Assembly (NCBI GenBank): GCA_964016885.1
Contig: OZ024740.1
Span: 140,678,001 to 140,742,000, forward strand
Direction of reading: 5' to 3'
Origin: Eledone cirrhosa
Taxonomy: Eukaryota
Length of the DNA stretch: 64,000 bases
Under the pieces are notes generated by a model, which saw nothing but the letters and a program-made list of their open reading frames with translations, did not search any database and had not been told where the DNA came from. Below are positions 10,443 to 24,238 of this stretch, one piece after another. The position numbers were made by a program, and so were the translations under genes. Every line of letters begins with the position of its first letter. Position 1 is the first letter of the stretch.

Positions 10443-11745
10443 TATGCACATATAATATAAATAGTTGAGAGTTTTTATAATAAACTTAAATTATGTATTT
10501 ATCCATGCAAAATACAACAGGAAAAATATAATAGGACCATCATGTGTAGGCTGTCCAACTGCATAGACCACCTCACCAAGACAATCTGACAGATTTTTAC
10601 CATGGACTTCAACATATGTAAATGCCTTACTGGACAAACTGCAATTGTTCCTCCTGTCATATGGCAGTTAGTGGAATGGGGAACAGTTGCTTAACAACCA
10701 GTGGATGAATCGAGCCCTTTTCTGTTGAACACAGCCTAGTCTCACACTGGGTACTTCTATACTGATCCCAGCAAAAACATAAATGATGATAAATATATAT
10801 TATCATCACCACTGTTTAACACCCATTTTTCCACACTAGTATGGGTTAGACGAGTTGTCAAGTAACATGCCTCTAAATTTGTTACTGGCTGTGGGGTCCT
10901 TCAACTTTCACATTCTTCTCCTCAAGGTTGTCTGCTGTCGTCGAGTTCGTCTAGCTCTGACTATAAGGTTGCTAACTATTAGGTTATGTGGGGGGGGGGG
11001 GTGCATTCTTCACCAGGAAGGGACTTAATGTTTACAATGGTCACTCTGTCTCGTCTTCTGGTAAGGATAACATTTATCTGGCTGGTGTGCTCCTCTGATC
11101 TATAGGTGTTCAAGTGATTGTCTCATTTTTTGAAGTTGGTGTTACATATAGTTAGGTCATTTGCATCACAGAATGCCCAAGATCTTAAAACCTTCCTCAT
11201 TTCTAGTACCAAACCCATAACCCCCATGGATCCCATTGTAGCCATCACAGTGTTGTCCAATATTCTCAATAAAGTCACCTGCAATGATAGTTTGAATAAA
11301 TCAGTGTATAATAAAGGTTTCTAATTTACACATAAGTTCAGCATTATGTTGGGTAGGAATAGTTGGTTACATTGAGCTCAGTGCTTGATGAGTACATTCT
11401 ATTGCTAATACTATCTACGAGGAGGAGGTATGATTTATACTCAGATTGTACAGATCCAAATCAGATGCCACAGAACATCTCGATCAACTTGTTAACAATT
11501 CACTTATCCACCATCTCATGACTGGTACTTTATTTTATAACCCAAAAAGGATGATAGGGAAAGTTGACCTTGGTGGGATTTGAATATATAAAGCGGGAAA
11601 CAAATCCCACAAAGTATTTTGTCCAACCTCACCCTAAATCAGGGTATAATAATAATAGCTCATCTCAGGAATTCAAACAATAATTGATACTTTACAGTTT
11701 TATAAATGTGATGGTTCTTTTATTTTATATTTCCACTTGGTACAG

Positions 11746-11916
11746 GTACGCTGTCAGCCTGAAATTCAAGAACTGCGACGGTGGCAATGGGATTGGAAAG
11801 AAGAGAACAGAGGTATACGAGTACGAGTTAAGGAATTCTGGAGTAAGAAAATGCCTAATTACCAAGATTCTGAGGAAAATATCTCATCTACTCCTAACAC
11901 TGAAGAAGCATCTTAA
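11746..11916 (+). CDS. Probable terminal coding exon of an unidentified plus-strand gene
   Basis: T-rich tract and tacAG acceptor (11744-11745). Phase-0 reading VRCQPEIQELRRWQWDWKEENRGIRVRVKEFWSKKMPNYQDSEENISSTPNTEEAS*, with AATAAA at 12031-12036. Protein family not recognised. Confidence 0.55.
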   Translation, partial: VRCQPEIQELRRWQWDWKEENRGIRVRVKEFWSKKMPNYQDSEENISSTPNTEEAS

Positions 11917-12060
11917 AAGATGTGAACTGAGGTTTGGGACACTGGGGAGCATTTTTCAAATGATATGTGTAAAGAATCTGGATATAGTGTAATAAGGATG
12001 GTAACAGTTTAAAACATTTGCAATGACTTTAATAAACCTATATATATATATATATATATA

Positions 12061-14470
12061 CATCATCATCATCATCATGATTTTTACATCTGCTGTTCCA
12101 TGCTTGTATGGGTTGGACAGGTCTTTTTCAGTGCAGCATCTCTCCACATCTCACATTCCTTTATCATCTCCTCTGTGAGCTTTAGTGATTTGAGATCAGC
12201 TCTCATCACCTTTGCCTAGGTCTTCCTTGGTCTTCATCTACTGCAATTTTCTTCCACTAGGATTTCATGGCACTTTTTCACCCAACAATCATCCATGCAC
12301 ATTACTTATCCATACTACCACAGTCTCCTCTCTTGGATACTGTATCTGATTCCTCTTATACCCAGTTTTTCTCTCAGTTCATCCATCTTTGTCATTCTCT
12401 TACATTATCATTGCACATCCATTGAAACATGCCTGCTTTATTTCTTTCCAGTATTAACATATTGTTTGCATTCACTGCCCATGTCTCACTACCATACAGC
12501 ATCACACTTTGCACTCAGGTATAATTCAGCCATCCTTTGCTTCATAGGGAGAAATCTTTTGTGGTCAACAGAGGTAGTAGCTCCCTAAAGTTCTTCCATC
12601 CTGTCCTTATTCTAGCTACTATGATCTTGGAGCACCCACCTCCACTGCTAATTATATCACCAAGGTAGCACAAGCTATCAACCACTTCTATGGATCCTTC
12701 TTAGGATTGAAAAAGGTTTGCATCATTGGCACTCTTACTACTAATTTACCCTGAACATCTACTACATACAAAGTCTTCTTTCTTGTTAGTCTGCCTGTTA
12801 TCCTACTACACCTCTTGTGTACCCAAGATTTCCATTGTCTCTAATTAGTTGTGCCATAATCCTCTCAGTAACTTTTATGACCTGGTTCATCAACTTGATT
12901 CCTCTGTAGTTACTTCTCTCTAGTTCATCTCCCTTACACAATGATACTGCTGAATCAGTCATTGGTATGACACCATCTTGTACTACTTGATTATTTGTGC
13001 TTTTGACTAGCTCATAACATACCATCATCATCATCATCATTTTTACGTCCACTTTTCCCTGCTTGCAAGGGTGGGACAGGAACTGATTCTGGCTTGATTT
13101 CTACAGCTGGATGCCCTTCCTAACACCAACCTCATTTACAGTGAGTGCTGGGTGCTTTTTTGCCGTGGCGCCTACACGACCACTTTGCAGTAGAATGATA
13201 GGGACCCCCGTCCTATCATCTCATTTCTACAGCTGAGTAAACTGGAGCAATGTGAAATAAAGTGTCTTGCTCAAGGAAACAACACATCACCCGGTATGAG
13301 AATTGAATTCACAACCTTTCAATTACAAGGCCAATGCTCTAACCACTAAGCCATGTGCCTCCATCCATGCTGGATGTTTTTAGCATCTTAGCAAATATAC
13401 CAGATAGTTCACCTGCTTTTCCTATTTTCATAAGCTTAATTGCTTTATCTTTCACCCTGCTATTAACTTTTATGCCTGGTCTCTTAGTTTAGTCTACAAG
13501 GGGTAGGCCTTCACTGTCCTATTTATTCTTTTCAATCAGCAGTCTCTTGTAGTAGGCCTTCCATGCCACTTTCTTCTTTGCATCAGACAGACGAAGTACT
13601 CCACCATCATTTCAGATACACTTTTCCCCAACAATATCTCAGTTTTCTCTAGCACACGGTTTCGCAATCCAGAACACTTCACACATCTGATCCTCATGAT
13701 GTAGAAAATGTGGGAACTTCTTTTCTGCTTCTCCCCTTGTTAAGTATACCTGTCATCTAGTCACTCTTCTAGTTATTAGGTATTGCTCTCTGTTTTCCCA
13801 TTTCCTGCAGTTTTTCCATGCTTGTCTTTTTGTTTTTATGGTGCTATTTATCTTATTCCACCACCACATTGCCCTGTCTAACTGGGACCTTGCTCCAGCT
13901 GCAGACTTGGTCCGTAGCTTTCAGTAGGTTGTTTCACAGAAATTCCCAATTTTTCTCTTTGTTATTGGTCCCCAACTCCTCTTCCTTACTGTCATAGACT
14001 CCCTGTAAGACTTCTCTGAAATTGTTTCCAACTGAGGATTCTTTCAGCTTCCATTTATTCCTTCTCCAGACAGGCTTTTATCTCTTTGTCCACCTAGCCC
14101 ATACTCTAATCTATTTTGGGAGGTACATTGTTCTCCAGGCAAGGACTTGGAATTTATAACCATTTGCCTATCTTGCTTCTTGGTGAAGATGAAGTTAATT
14201 TGGCTTGTATGCTCCCTTGATTGGTAGGTAATCGTGTGGCCGGCTGGTTTCCTGAAGTTTATATTACAGAATGTTGGGTTGAAAGCATTGCAGAACTTCA
14301 GAAGCCTTGACCCACACCTTCTCATTTCTTGTACTATACCCATATCCTCCATGTACTCCATAGAAGCTGCTGCAGTGTTTCTTAACATGGCCGCTTAAGT
14401 CACCAGCTGCGATAACAATGTCATCAACATTTGTTATTGAGGTAATCTGCAGAAAATCCACATAGAAATG
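12061..14470 (-). mobile_element. Decayed RTE LINE (APE to 3' end, with deletions), interrupted by SINE A at 13024-13362
   Basis: Remnants AAGDLSGHV/HGGYGY (APE), SNYRGIKLM (RT start) and the RTE 3' end. Confidence 0.82.
13024..13362 (-). mobile_element. SINE family A copy nested in an RTE LINE
   Basis: High identity to 9098-9425 and 37970-38304. Confidence 0.9.
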
Positions 14471-15439
14471 GACTGCCAGACATACCTGTTGGGGAAAGAT
14501 TATACTATCTGCTGGTCATTTAGGCCAACTACTTACCATGTGAGGTCAACCTGTTGGGGAAGAGGTATATTATCTGCTGCTATTTTAGGCCAACTGCTTA
14601 CCATGAAATGCTAGCCTGCCTGTTGGGGAAGGGATATCTGCCAGCCGTAAGTCCTAGCAGAAGCATCACCACTTTTCTGGTAATAGGAAGCAGCATTTGA
14701 ACTTAGAATGCTGCATGGAACTAGAACAGATATTGCAAAACATCCCATCTTACTCTTTAATCATTCTTCCAGTCCATCACTCCCAGACTGGTTTTTTATT
14801 TATCAACTCTGAAAGGATGAAAGGCAAAGTTGAGCTTGGTGAGATTTGAACACAGAACACTGCACAGATCCAGAACAGATAGTACAAAACATCCGATCTG
14901 ACTCTCTAATGATTTCATCCTTCCGAAAGGGTGAAAGTCAAAGTTGATTTTGGTAAGAGCTTAGGGAGTTGGAACAAATACTGAAGCATTTAATCTGATG
15001 CTTTAACAATTGCTAATTTATTGCTTTATTAAACACATACATGTGTGAGTCTTTTTTTTTTTTTCCTGCTTAGTTAGAGAGAGAAGGCCAGCATCTAAGA
15101 CCCATCTCAGTGTTTCTGGGATTGGTGGGAGGAAAGGAGGAAGGTGTTTTCAAACCAGAGACCTGGCTTGAATGTTTCCACAAGAATTGACTCTGCAAAA
15201 GGCACCTAAATGCTAAGTGCTAGTGTTAAACCAAGTGATGGATTAAGTTTACTGCACTCATTGGTGCTCCAATGAGTATAGGGATTTTCTAAAAGCCTAC
15301 TTTATGGCAACTGACATTCAGTTGGGCTACTTACAATGGTTAGCAGCATACCCATGAGTCATAGTGGCTTCCCCATTTTCTGTATCAGAAGTCGATAGAT
15401 GGCATGGTCACTCCACCACCCCTCTTGTGACTAAGTCAT

Positions 15440-15870
15440 AAAAATGTTTTCTCATTGCAGCATCATCTTTCACCACCATGACCACCACTTTAACCCACTT
15501 TCCTCCCTATTTAACCTTCTCTCTTCCCTTTTTTCTTCCAGTACTCTCCCTCACTCACCCTCCCACAACTATCCTATCAATCGGCTATATCGCCATCACT
15601 GCCCTCTCTGCCACCACCATCAATATCAACACTATGATTTCCACTATTTCACCATACTCTTACTGCTATCACAACAACAATGATTACCATCACCACCACC
15701 ACCACCACCACACTATCATTACCAGCATCCCATCATCACCTCTATCACCATCACCATCTTCACCGTTACCACCATGAATGTCACCACTACAACTACTACC
15801 ACTACAACTACCACCATTACACCATGCCACCCCACCCCTCCACCTCCACCACATTATAATCATCTCCTTT
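15440..15870. repeat. (CAC/CAT)n low-complexity tract
   Basis: Degenerate trinucleotide repeats. Confidence 0.8.
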
Positions 15871-17229
15871 CTCACTAGCTCTCCACACTCTCTTTCTTAT
15901 TTCCTATCCATTCCATCTATCAAACTACTTCCTCTCTTACATTCACCTACGCACAATATCTGACATACACATACACACACCCACACACACACACACACAC
16001 ACACATGTGCGCATGCGCAGAGAAATCAGAAACTAACCTGATAATGTAATCATGTATAAGAAGAAAGAGCCATCAGCATTTACTCTTTCATGGTTCATGG
16101 CTTTTGAATTAAATTTCAAAAACTCTTTGCTGGAAACTTGTTCCAGAAATGAAAGTGTTTATTTCTATTTATTTATTTATTTGTTTATTAATTTATTAAT
16201 TAATTAATTAATTAATTAATTTATTTATTTATTTATTTATTCTCCTCCTCCGATACCATGTGCTTGCCTCCTTTACATTCCATAAATTGATGTTCGTTTA
16301 TTTTATATTGTTGCATATATCATAGTATATGTGTGTATGTGTGTGTAAAGTGGTTTGTGTTAAGAAGGGCATCCAGCCATAGAAACCATACCAAAGAAAG
16401 AGCTGTGAGAACTCTTTAGCTATGTCAAGGTTACAACAACCTCCACAGTCCTGTAACCATGATAAAGTGCATCAAGTACACTCTGTAAAGTGGTTGGTGA
16501 TATTAAAGGCATCCATGCCAAAATTAGAATATATGTAAGCGTGGCATGGTTACTGGCTCATCTTGGAAGACAATAGCTCCAATTAAATATTGACTTGATC
16601 TCCAACCCATGCCAGAATGGAAAAACATGTTAAGTAATGATGAAAGAGATAATAAATATCATCATCGTTGTACATTGACTTTTCCAGGCATGCATGGGTT
16701 GGACGAGTCTTTTCCTGCACAGCATCATCTCTCCTTTCATTATAATTCTAGGTAAGGACATATCAGTTCAAAGTAAGGTCTTGCCAATGCAAAGTGAGAT
16801 TGAGGATTTCGGAATGACACTTTATGACTTAAAAGTGAGAATAATGATTTCTAAATGATTTCAGAAAAAATTGACTGATATTTTGAGATTGACAGAAAAG
16901 GAAATAACATTGTAACATGATTTGCAATGTCTTCTTCATGCATGTGTATGTATTGGGGATTGAACTATTTAGGCTCTGTACCACTTAAAATTTCCAGTTA
17001 TATAAGCCGGCACATCTACTACTCAACCACTTCAATAGTTCTATTTTTAAAACATTTCTTTAAGTGGCATTGTAAATATTTATCCTTGAATTCCTTATGG
17101 CTTTACATGCTTTATGCTTTCATATTGATTTATTTATATAGATTATATTTTTGGATACCAGGTTCAGTTTTCTATCAATTGTCAAAGACTAATTTTACTC
17201 TTATTTGTTTATTTATTTTGTTTTTTCAT

Positions 17230-18770
17230 CATCATTTTATCATCACCATCATCATTTAACATCCATTTACCACATGGATTAGATGGGTTCTCCCGTTTGA
17301 AGCAATTTGGAACTGGTGACCATGTCTTGCTCATACAGAACTGTTTCTGTCTTGGTTTCTATGGCTGGATGTCCTTCTTAATGCCAACCACATTTACAAT
17401 GTGTGCTGAGTGCTTTTTGTCGTGACACCTACATGACCACTTTACAGTGTGGGCTGGATGCTTTTTGTTATGATACCAACATGACAACTTTACAGTGTAA
17501 GAGTAGTGTGAACAGATGTGGGAGGTATATGGAAGATGGGTATAGTAGTTAGAAGATGCTTACTAGATCTATTTTTCAGTCTGTGTGCATGGGAAGGCAG
17601 GTCTTCTCTATTACTGCATAACAACAACAATCTCAATCCTGTATCATTCTTTTAGAGGTGTAATTGTACAAGGTCAGCTTTTATCACCTCATCCTAGGTC
17701 TTCTTGGGTCTTTTTTTCTCCATACGTTCCATCAACTTTAATCACCCTGCACTTTTTTATATAGCTGTCATCCTTCATAAGCATCACATGGCCACTCCTC
17801 TTTAGCATACTGCATCTAATCCCTCTTAGGCCCAATTTCTCTCTCAGTTCATTTACATTTTGCAGTTAGTATATATTACTATTACACATCCATCGGAGCA
17901 TGCAGGCTTCATTTCTTTTCAATATTTGCAGGTCCTCTGCACACGGTGCCCAAGTATCACTACCATATAACATTGCTGTTCGTATATTTGCATCATACAA
18001 TTTGCCCTTCATTTTAAGGGAAAACTCTTTTGTAGCGGTAGTAGCTCCGTAAACTATCTCCATCCTGTTCTAACTCTAGCTACTGTACTTTCAAAACACC
18101 CTCCTCCACTGCTGATTTGGTCACCCAGGTAATGGAAACTTTTGACTATTTCTACTGAGCCATCTAGGCACTTGAAGGAGCTAGTATCCTATGGGCACCT
18201 GTGCATCAGCTGCATATAAAATCTACGTTCTTTGATAGCCTGCCTGTGATCCCACTACATCTTTTATGTACCCATAGCTTGCATTTGGGATATGGATGAA
18301 ATTTCTACCTACTCCTTTCCTGCACACTGAGCAAGGCTATTTCCCTGATGGGATCTGTGCCCTATTTTCCTTTCTACATACTAGGACTTTAGTCTTTGAC
18401 AAGCTAATTTTAAGGCCTTTTGATTCCAAGCCATGCTTCCAGGTTTGGAATTTCATCTCTAATTCTGCCATAGATTCAGCTATGAGAGTTAGATCATCTG
18501 CATACAGAAGTTCCCATGGGCAGCAAGTCTTAAACTCTTCTGTTATAGCCAGTCGGGCAATTATAAACAGGAGAGGGCTAAGGACAGAGCCCTGATGAAC
18601 ATGCAGCTGCATGTTAAATTCTTCACTATAGTCATTGTTAATTCTAACCTTGCTGACTGTTCCTCTATACATGGCTTGTATGGCTTTCACAAGCCACTCA
18701 TCTACTCCTAGTTTTCTAAGAGCCCACGAGATAATGGAATGAGAGGGGGGACGTTGTCAAAGGCATGGCA
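17230..18770 (-). mobile_element. RTE LINE fragment (RT to 3' UTR)
   Basis: HQGSVLSPLLF, WELLYADDL, KGKLYDANIRTAMLYGSDTW; 3' UTR subrepeats. Confidence 0.87.
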
Positions 18771-19044
18771 AAGTGAAGAATCAGATTATATTTTGGGGGT
18801 CAAAATTTCTTGTATTTATAGGGATGGGTTACCCAGACACATGAAACAGATGGTCTTTGATAATTTCCTTTTAAACAAAGACTATAAATCTAAACAGAGA
18901 CTATGCTAACTCAGATAAAGGAATTCATATCTTAATTTGGCTGACTGAGGCTAAAGTTCAGTGTATGTTGATATGCGACTATTTGAGAACATAGGAAAAA
19001 TCTGATCAAGGGTTTGCTACACACACAAACATATATATATGTCT

Positions 19045-19360
19045 TATCCCTAACTCAAACCCTAGCTGCCCCAACCTTCTGAGATTTATCATGAGATATG
19101 GTTAAATAAAAGGTGAATAACTTCCAATGGTTTTAAAAGTCAGATTCATTGAAAACACACAGCGGTAAAGAAAACTCCGAATTTTCTAAAACTGAGTCAT
19201 TTCCAACGGATTTGGAGGTCAGATGAAATGAGTTTTCTTTACAGCTGTGTGTTTTCAACGAATCTGATTTTTAAAACTGTTGGAAATTATTCATCTTTTA
19301 TTTATGACAAATGTTGGAGGTTGGGGCAGTAAGGGGCTATGGTTTGGATTAAGGTTAGGG
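19045..19360. repeat. Foldback/MITE-like element with ~70-bp inner inverted arms and telomere-like ends
   Basis: ~19108-19178 is the reverse complement of ~19230-19300. Outer ends are CCCTAAC...GCTGCCCCAACC and GGTTGGGGCAG...GGTTAGGG. Confidence 0.7.
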
Positions 19361-19377
19361 CACACACACACACATAT

Positions 19378-20468
19378 ATCATCATCATCATCATCATTTT
19401 ACGTCCACTTTCCCCTGCTTGCAAGGGTGGGGACGAGTCTTATTAAGCACGGTCCTTTGTCATCTCCTTCGTAAGCTTCAGCGATCTGAGGCCTGCTCTC
19501 ACCACCTCCGCCCATGTTATTTGTGGTCTTCCTTCTACTGGGATTTCTTGGCACTTCTTTACTCAGCGGTCATCCTCCATGCGCATCACATGTCCATACC
19601 AATGCAGTCTTCTCTCCCACACATTACAGCCTATCCCTCTTATACACAGTTTCTCTCTCAACTCGTTTATGCTTAGTCATTCACGCTCATTTACATTGCA
19701 CATCCAACGGAGCATACTTGCTTCATTTCTCTCCAGCCGTTGCATATCTTCTACAGTTGCTGCCCATGCCTCACTACCATGCAGCATTGCACATCTCACA
19801 CAGGCATCATATAACCGGCCTTTCGTTCGTAGGGAGAAACCCTTCTTTGTCAACAGAGGAAGCAGCTTCCTAAACTTCTTCCAACCCATCCTTATTCTGG
19901 ATACTATGGCCTCGGAGCACCCTCCTCCCTTACTAATCTGATCACCTAGGTATCGGAAGCTATCAACCACCTCTATAAGTCCTATCCACATTTAAAAAAT
20001 GTGTCTATAACTATGACTATTACTGTCAAATTATCCTGTACATCTACTGCATACGTAGTTTTCCCTACCTGTTAGTTTGCCTGCTATCCCACTACATCTC
20101 TTGTGCACCCAAGATATGCATTGTGTACATTTTATAGAATTTATGCCAACTCCTTTTCTACATATCGAACATGGCCATTCCCCTGATGGAATCAGAGTTT
20201 TGTCCTCTTTTCTACTTATCAACACTTTTATCTTAGCTAGGTTCACTCTCAGTCCTCTTGCTTCCAACAGCTGTTTCCATAGCCAGAATTTATTCTCTAG
20301 CTCCTCTACTGATTCTGCTATAAGAACCAGATCATCAGCATAGAGAAATTCCCATGGGCAGCCAGTCTTAAACTCCTCTGTTATGGCTTGGAGGACTATA
20401 ATGAACAAGAGTGGGCTGAGGACCGAACCCTGATGTACTCCTACTTGTATCTGGAATGGGTTAACCAC
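19378..20468 (-). mobile_element. RTE LINE fragment (RT C-terminal half to tail)
   Basis: GVHQGSVLSPLLF, WEFLYADDL, CSIC/CTQC Cys motif, FRYLG, LRTKGRLYDACVR. Confidence 0.9.
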
Positions 20469-20615
20469 AGTTAAAAAAGATACTCATTACATTGGTAGAG
20501 TATAGGCATCTTTATTATATATATCAGGACATTCTTGCTGATTTCACACAAATGAAACAGTTCTAGTCTTGTAGAAGTCATTTCTCTCCTTCTCATTCTC
20601 TCCCCTCTCTCTCTC

Positions 20616-20682
<67 letters not shown>

Positions 20683-20855
20683 TGTATATATGTAAGTGAT
20701 TATAATGAAATATTCCACTAATAATTTGGGTAAGGTGTGAAAACTTCAATGTATACTTAAGGTCTTTAGTATGTAAGGAATTAAAAACAATCGAAATAAT
20801 CTTCCGAAGGTTAAACTTCTTGCTATTGAGGACAGTGAGGGCAGCAGAGCAAAAA

Positions 20856-20973
20856 TATTTAAAGTGAAGAGAACCAAGGTTTTTAAATTAATTCCATCTT
20901 TAATATCTAAAAACGATTGTAGATATTTAAGATGGGTTTAATTTAAAAACCTTCGTTATATTCACTTTAAATA
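20856..20973. repeat. ~118-bp imperfect palindrome
   Basis: TATTTAAAGTGAA...AATATCTA [loop] TAGATATT...TTCACTTTAAATA. Confidence 0.8.
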
Positions 20974-20997
20974 AATATATATATATATATATATATA

Positions 20998-22965
20998 TTG
21001 AATTGGTCCTCTATTTTCTATTTTCTATTCTCTGTTTGTGTTCAATGTAATCCTGTTGTCTTATGGAACTAATTCTGCAATTAACACCTGATGAAATCGT
21101 CTATGTCTTGCACCTAGATCGGATGATCAGGCTGGGCCATTGAAATATGTGTAGTACTTTCACAGAATTAAAATTCTAAAGTAAATTTCCAGTCTGGCTT
21201 TCTGTTGTTGTTTTAATGAATACTTAACTCTGTTCCTGCACCAGCCACAGGATACCACATCTACGATGGATAATTTGCATAACGTTGAGTGATTTAATTA
21301 ATTCATTGCATCATCGTTTACCAACTGGAACTACCAGTTCTACCCATTATACAGCCTAACATAAATGGAATACAGCTCCTGTTACAGTCAAGTGCTTTGT
21401 GATGAAATGAAGAACATAGGCCATGACCCCACTATAAGAGGAACTACTACCATGGACCTGCTAAAACTGAATCTTCCTCATAACATGGACCTGATCTTAC
21501 ATGGCTTCCTACTGCCACACAGACCAGATGTACACTCTAGATTGTTGGTTATGTGATTCTATTTAACTTTTCCACTTTAAATTTTTTGTATTGAACTTTT
21601 AGTTAGTCTAGTGTCTTAACTACATCAACACAATATTTTTTTTATATTGTTTTATATTTTTTTAATATATATTTTATTATATTATTATATTATTATTTCT
21701 TTACATTTTTATATCTCACCTCTTAGCATTTGACTATATATGTTACACTACACAGTGTAGTGCATTACTTATATAATATAATATTCTGTGACCCCTCTAT
21801 TCAATAATAGCTGCGGATTTAATTTAATTTAACTTTAACTTCAGGACTAACTTCAACTATGCACCTACATTTTCTACCTAATTATGACTATATGTAAGTA
21901 GTAACCTCTATCACATAATTTACAGCGCCATGAAGGCAAATAAGAATATATAATATGTTAATTATATCATTTTCGTCGGTATTGTGAACATTGGAGATGT
22001 GCATTAATCCATCGACTGGCAATGTGTGGTCCTCTGAATAACGCATTGATCGAACAAACTTTGGTTCTATACCTTGAGTTCTTGGAATTGATTAATTAAT
22101 CAATTTTCTCCTCCCTTCATTATGAATATACTTGATCACTAGTAACCTATTTTCTTTGGACTTTGAGGAGATAAGGTGGTCTGCTACATCAGTCAAGGAT
22201 ACACTGCACCCCAATTTCATCCTCAATGTAAATGCACATATACGCACAAAATAGCTTTGACCACACCTTTATAATCCAATAATGTAATTTCAACAATCTT
22301 GGCTATTAGAATTAAAAATAACCACCTTTGTTATATTCTTTCTATTTCACTTTATTAATTTATTTAATACAAATTTAGTACATGTTTATAAGTTTTTGTA
22401 AACTTTATAAATTTTGTAAAATTTTTTAATTTTATAATTCTCAAAATTCTTGCAACATTATAATTGTTATAATTTTTTAATATCTTTTTATAACTCTTAT
22501 TCTTTTATTCTTGTTTTTTATTATTTTATACAATGTACATAGGTCTGTTCTTCTCTATAGCAATTTAACACTTTAACTCTCTACCATAACACTAAATTGG
22601 TTTTTGACCAATGTCCAATAGGACAGAGTTTAATACCTTATGACATCTGTGGCAGAAAATCCTTGGTTGTAATTAATGGATGGCATTTTCTAAGGATGGC
22701 AGTATTTCTGTTACCACTTAGCAACCCCCACCTCCTCCATCACACCTACCAGCCCAGTGATAGTGTGACATTTGCAGAGCATCTGCCATGGCTATAACAA
22801 AGAATTGGCAGGCCATCCCCAAATCGAATTGGTCCTCTATTTTTTATTTTCTGTTTTCTATTCTGTTTGTGTTTGACCTAATCCTGTCTAGTCTTATGGA
22901 ACTAATTCTGCAATTAATACCTGATAAAATTGCCTAAGTCTTGCATCATGATCGGATGATGGGCC
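20998..22965 (+). mobile_element. Non-coding element with ~135-bp terminal direct repeats carrying a hammerhead-like motif (Penelope pLTR / retrozyme-like)
   Basis: 20998-21130 and ~22825-22965 are diverged direct repeats (GAATTGGTCCTCTATTTT...CTTATGGAACTAATTCTGCAATTAA...GATCGGATGAT). The first continues as CTGATGA-stem-GAAA. Confidence 0.6.
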
Positions 22966-23404
22966 AGCTTAAAAGTGCCTCCTCCAATATACAGTGGTGG
23001 CCATAACTGGACACTGAAACCAATGGTAGCACATACATGTTAAGTGTATGAAACTTTGTTTATACTAAATAAGCTCTCTTGCAACAGATTGAGTACTGTT
23101 TTCCTTGATCTTTCATGTCCGGTTTCTCACACAAACATACACACATATACATATATGTGTGTGAATATTCAGCAAATTGATGAAGGGAGATAGCCGGACA
23201 TACATATATATTATACATGATCAGTATAGCGATTACTAAAGTAAAAATAAAGGATGAGAACTGCACACATCCATGCACGCAAATATACATATGTGTGTGA
23301 ATGTTCAGTAAACTGATGTAGAGAGATAGAGAAATAGTTGAACATCCATATATATTGTACATGATCTTACACCTCCCATTTTATTGTTACTTTCTGACAG
23401 AGTT

Positions 23405-24128
23405 GGGCCAAATTCATTGAAAACACATGAAAGAACTAGAAAAGAAAAAAATATCGATAAATTTATAGAAAGACACCCTACCAATTTCAGTGGGGAATAA
23501 TTTTTTTCTCAGTTTTTCGTGTTATTAATTAAACTTACCTCCAAATATGCTGCAAAAGACTTTCTCCGGAAAAGAGAGGGGGACCTTCAGACTTTTCTGC
23601 TTCCCCACCCCACAATATTTTTGTGTACTACTAACTAATCTTACCTCTAAATATATTGCAAAGAACTTTTTCCCCAATGATAACCCCAACCTTAACTCGA
23701 ACCTTAACCCTAATCCTAAGGTAGCACACGAAAACACAGAGGGAAAAAACATGATATGATAAAGAAATGGTAAAGAAATCTCGGTAGGTGGGTGGATGAA
23801 AAGTCTCCTCCCTTTTCTGGGAAAAAAGTCCTTTGAACCATATTAGGAAGTAACTTTAATTGATAACACATGGAAGAAAAATCAAGGAAAAAAATAATTT
23901 CTTATGAAATTGGTGGGGGTGTCTCCATAATAATACCAACATTCCCACCAAAGAAAACTCTGAGTGTCCAAAACTCCAAGAGTTCCCTCTACTCTCCTTC
24001 TATTTTCAGGAAAAAAGTCGATTGCAAATGAGTTGGAGGGCAAATTATTTGAAAACACAAGAAAACAACCTAGGAAAAAATACTATTTCTCACCGAACCC
24101 AGCAGGTGCTTTTCTATAAATTTACCAA
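23405..24128. repeat. Old foldback-type element with inverted internal modules and CCCTAA-like core
   Basis: ~23465-23600 is an inverted match to ~23800-23930, with a third diverged module at ~23990-24125. Shares TTCATTGAAAACAC with the 19045 element. Confidence 0.5.
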
Positions 24129-24238
24129 GAGCGGTCTTTCTGTTGTGTTTTGTTTATAATATCATATTCTTCAACAGATAAAGTTTTTCTTGGTACATTT
24201 GCTATACGAGAAGCTACATTATGTATTGTTGGCTAATT

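Noticed and set aside
5983-11745. U12 (AT-AC) intron linking the two plus-strand candidate exons
   Set aside because: Donor ATATCAG does not match the ATATCCT consensus and the phases do not match.
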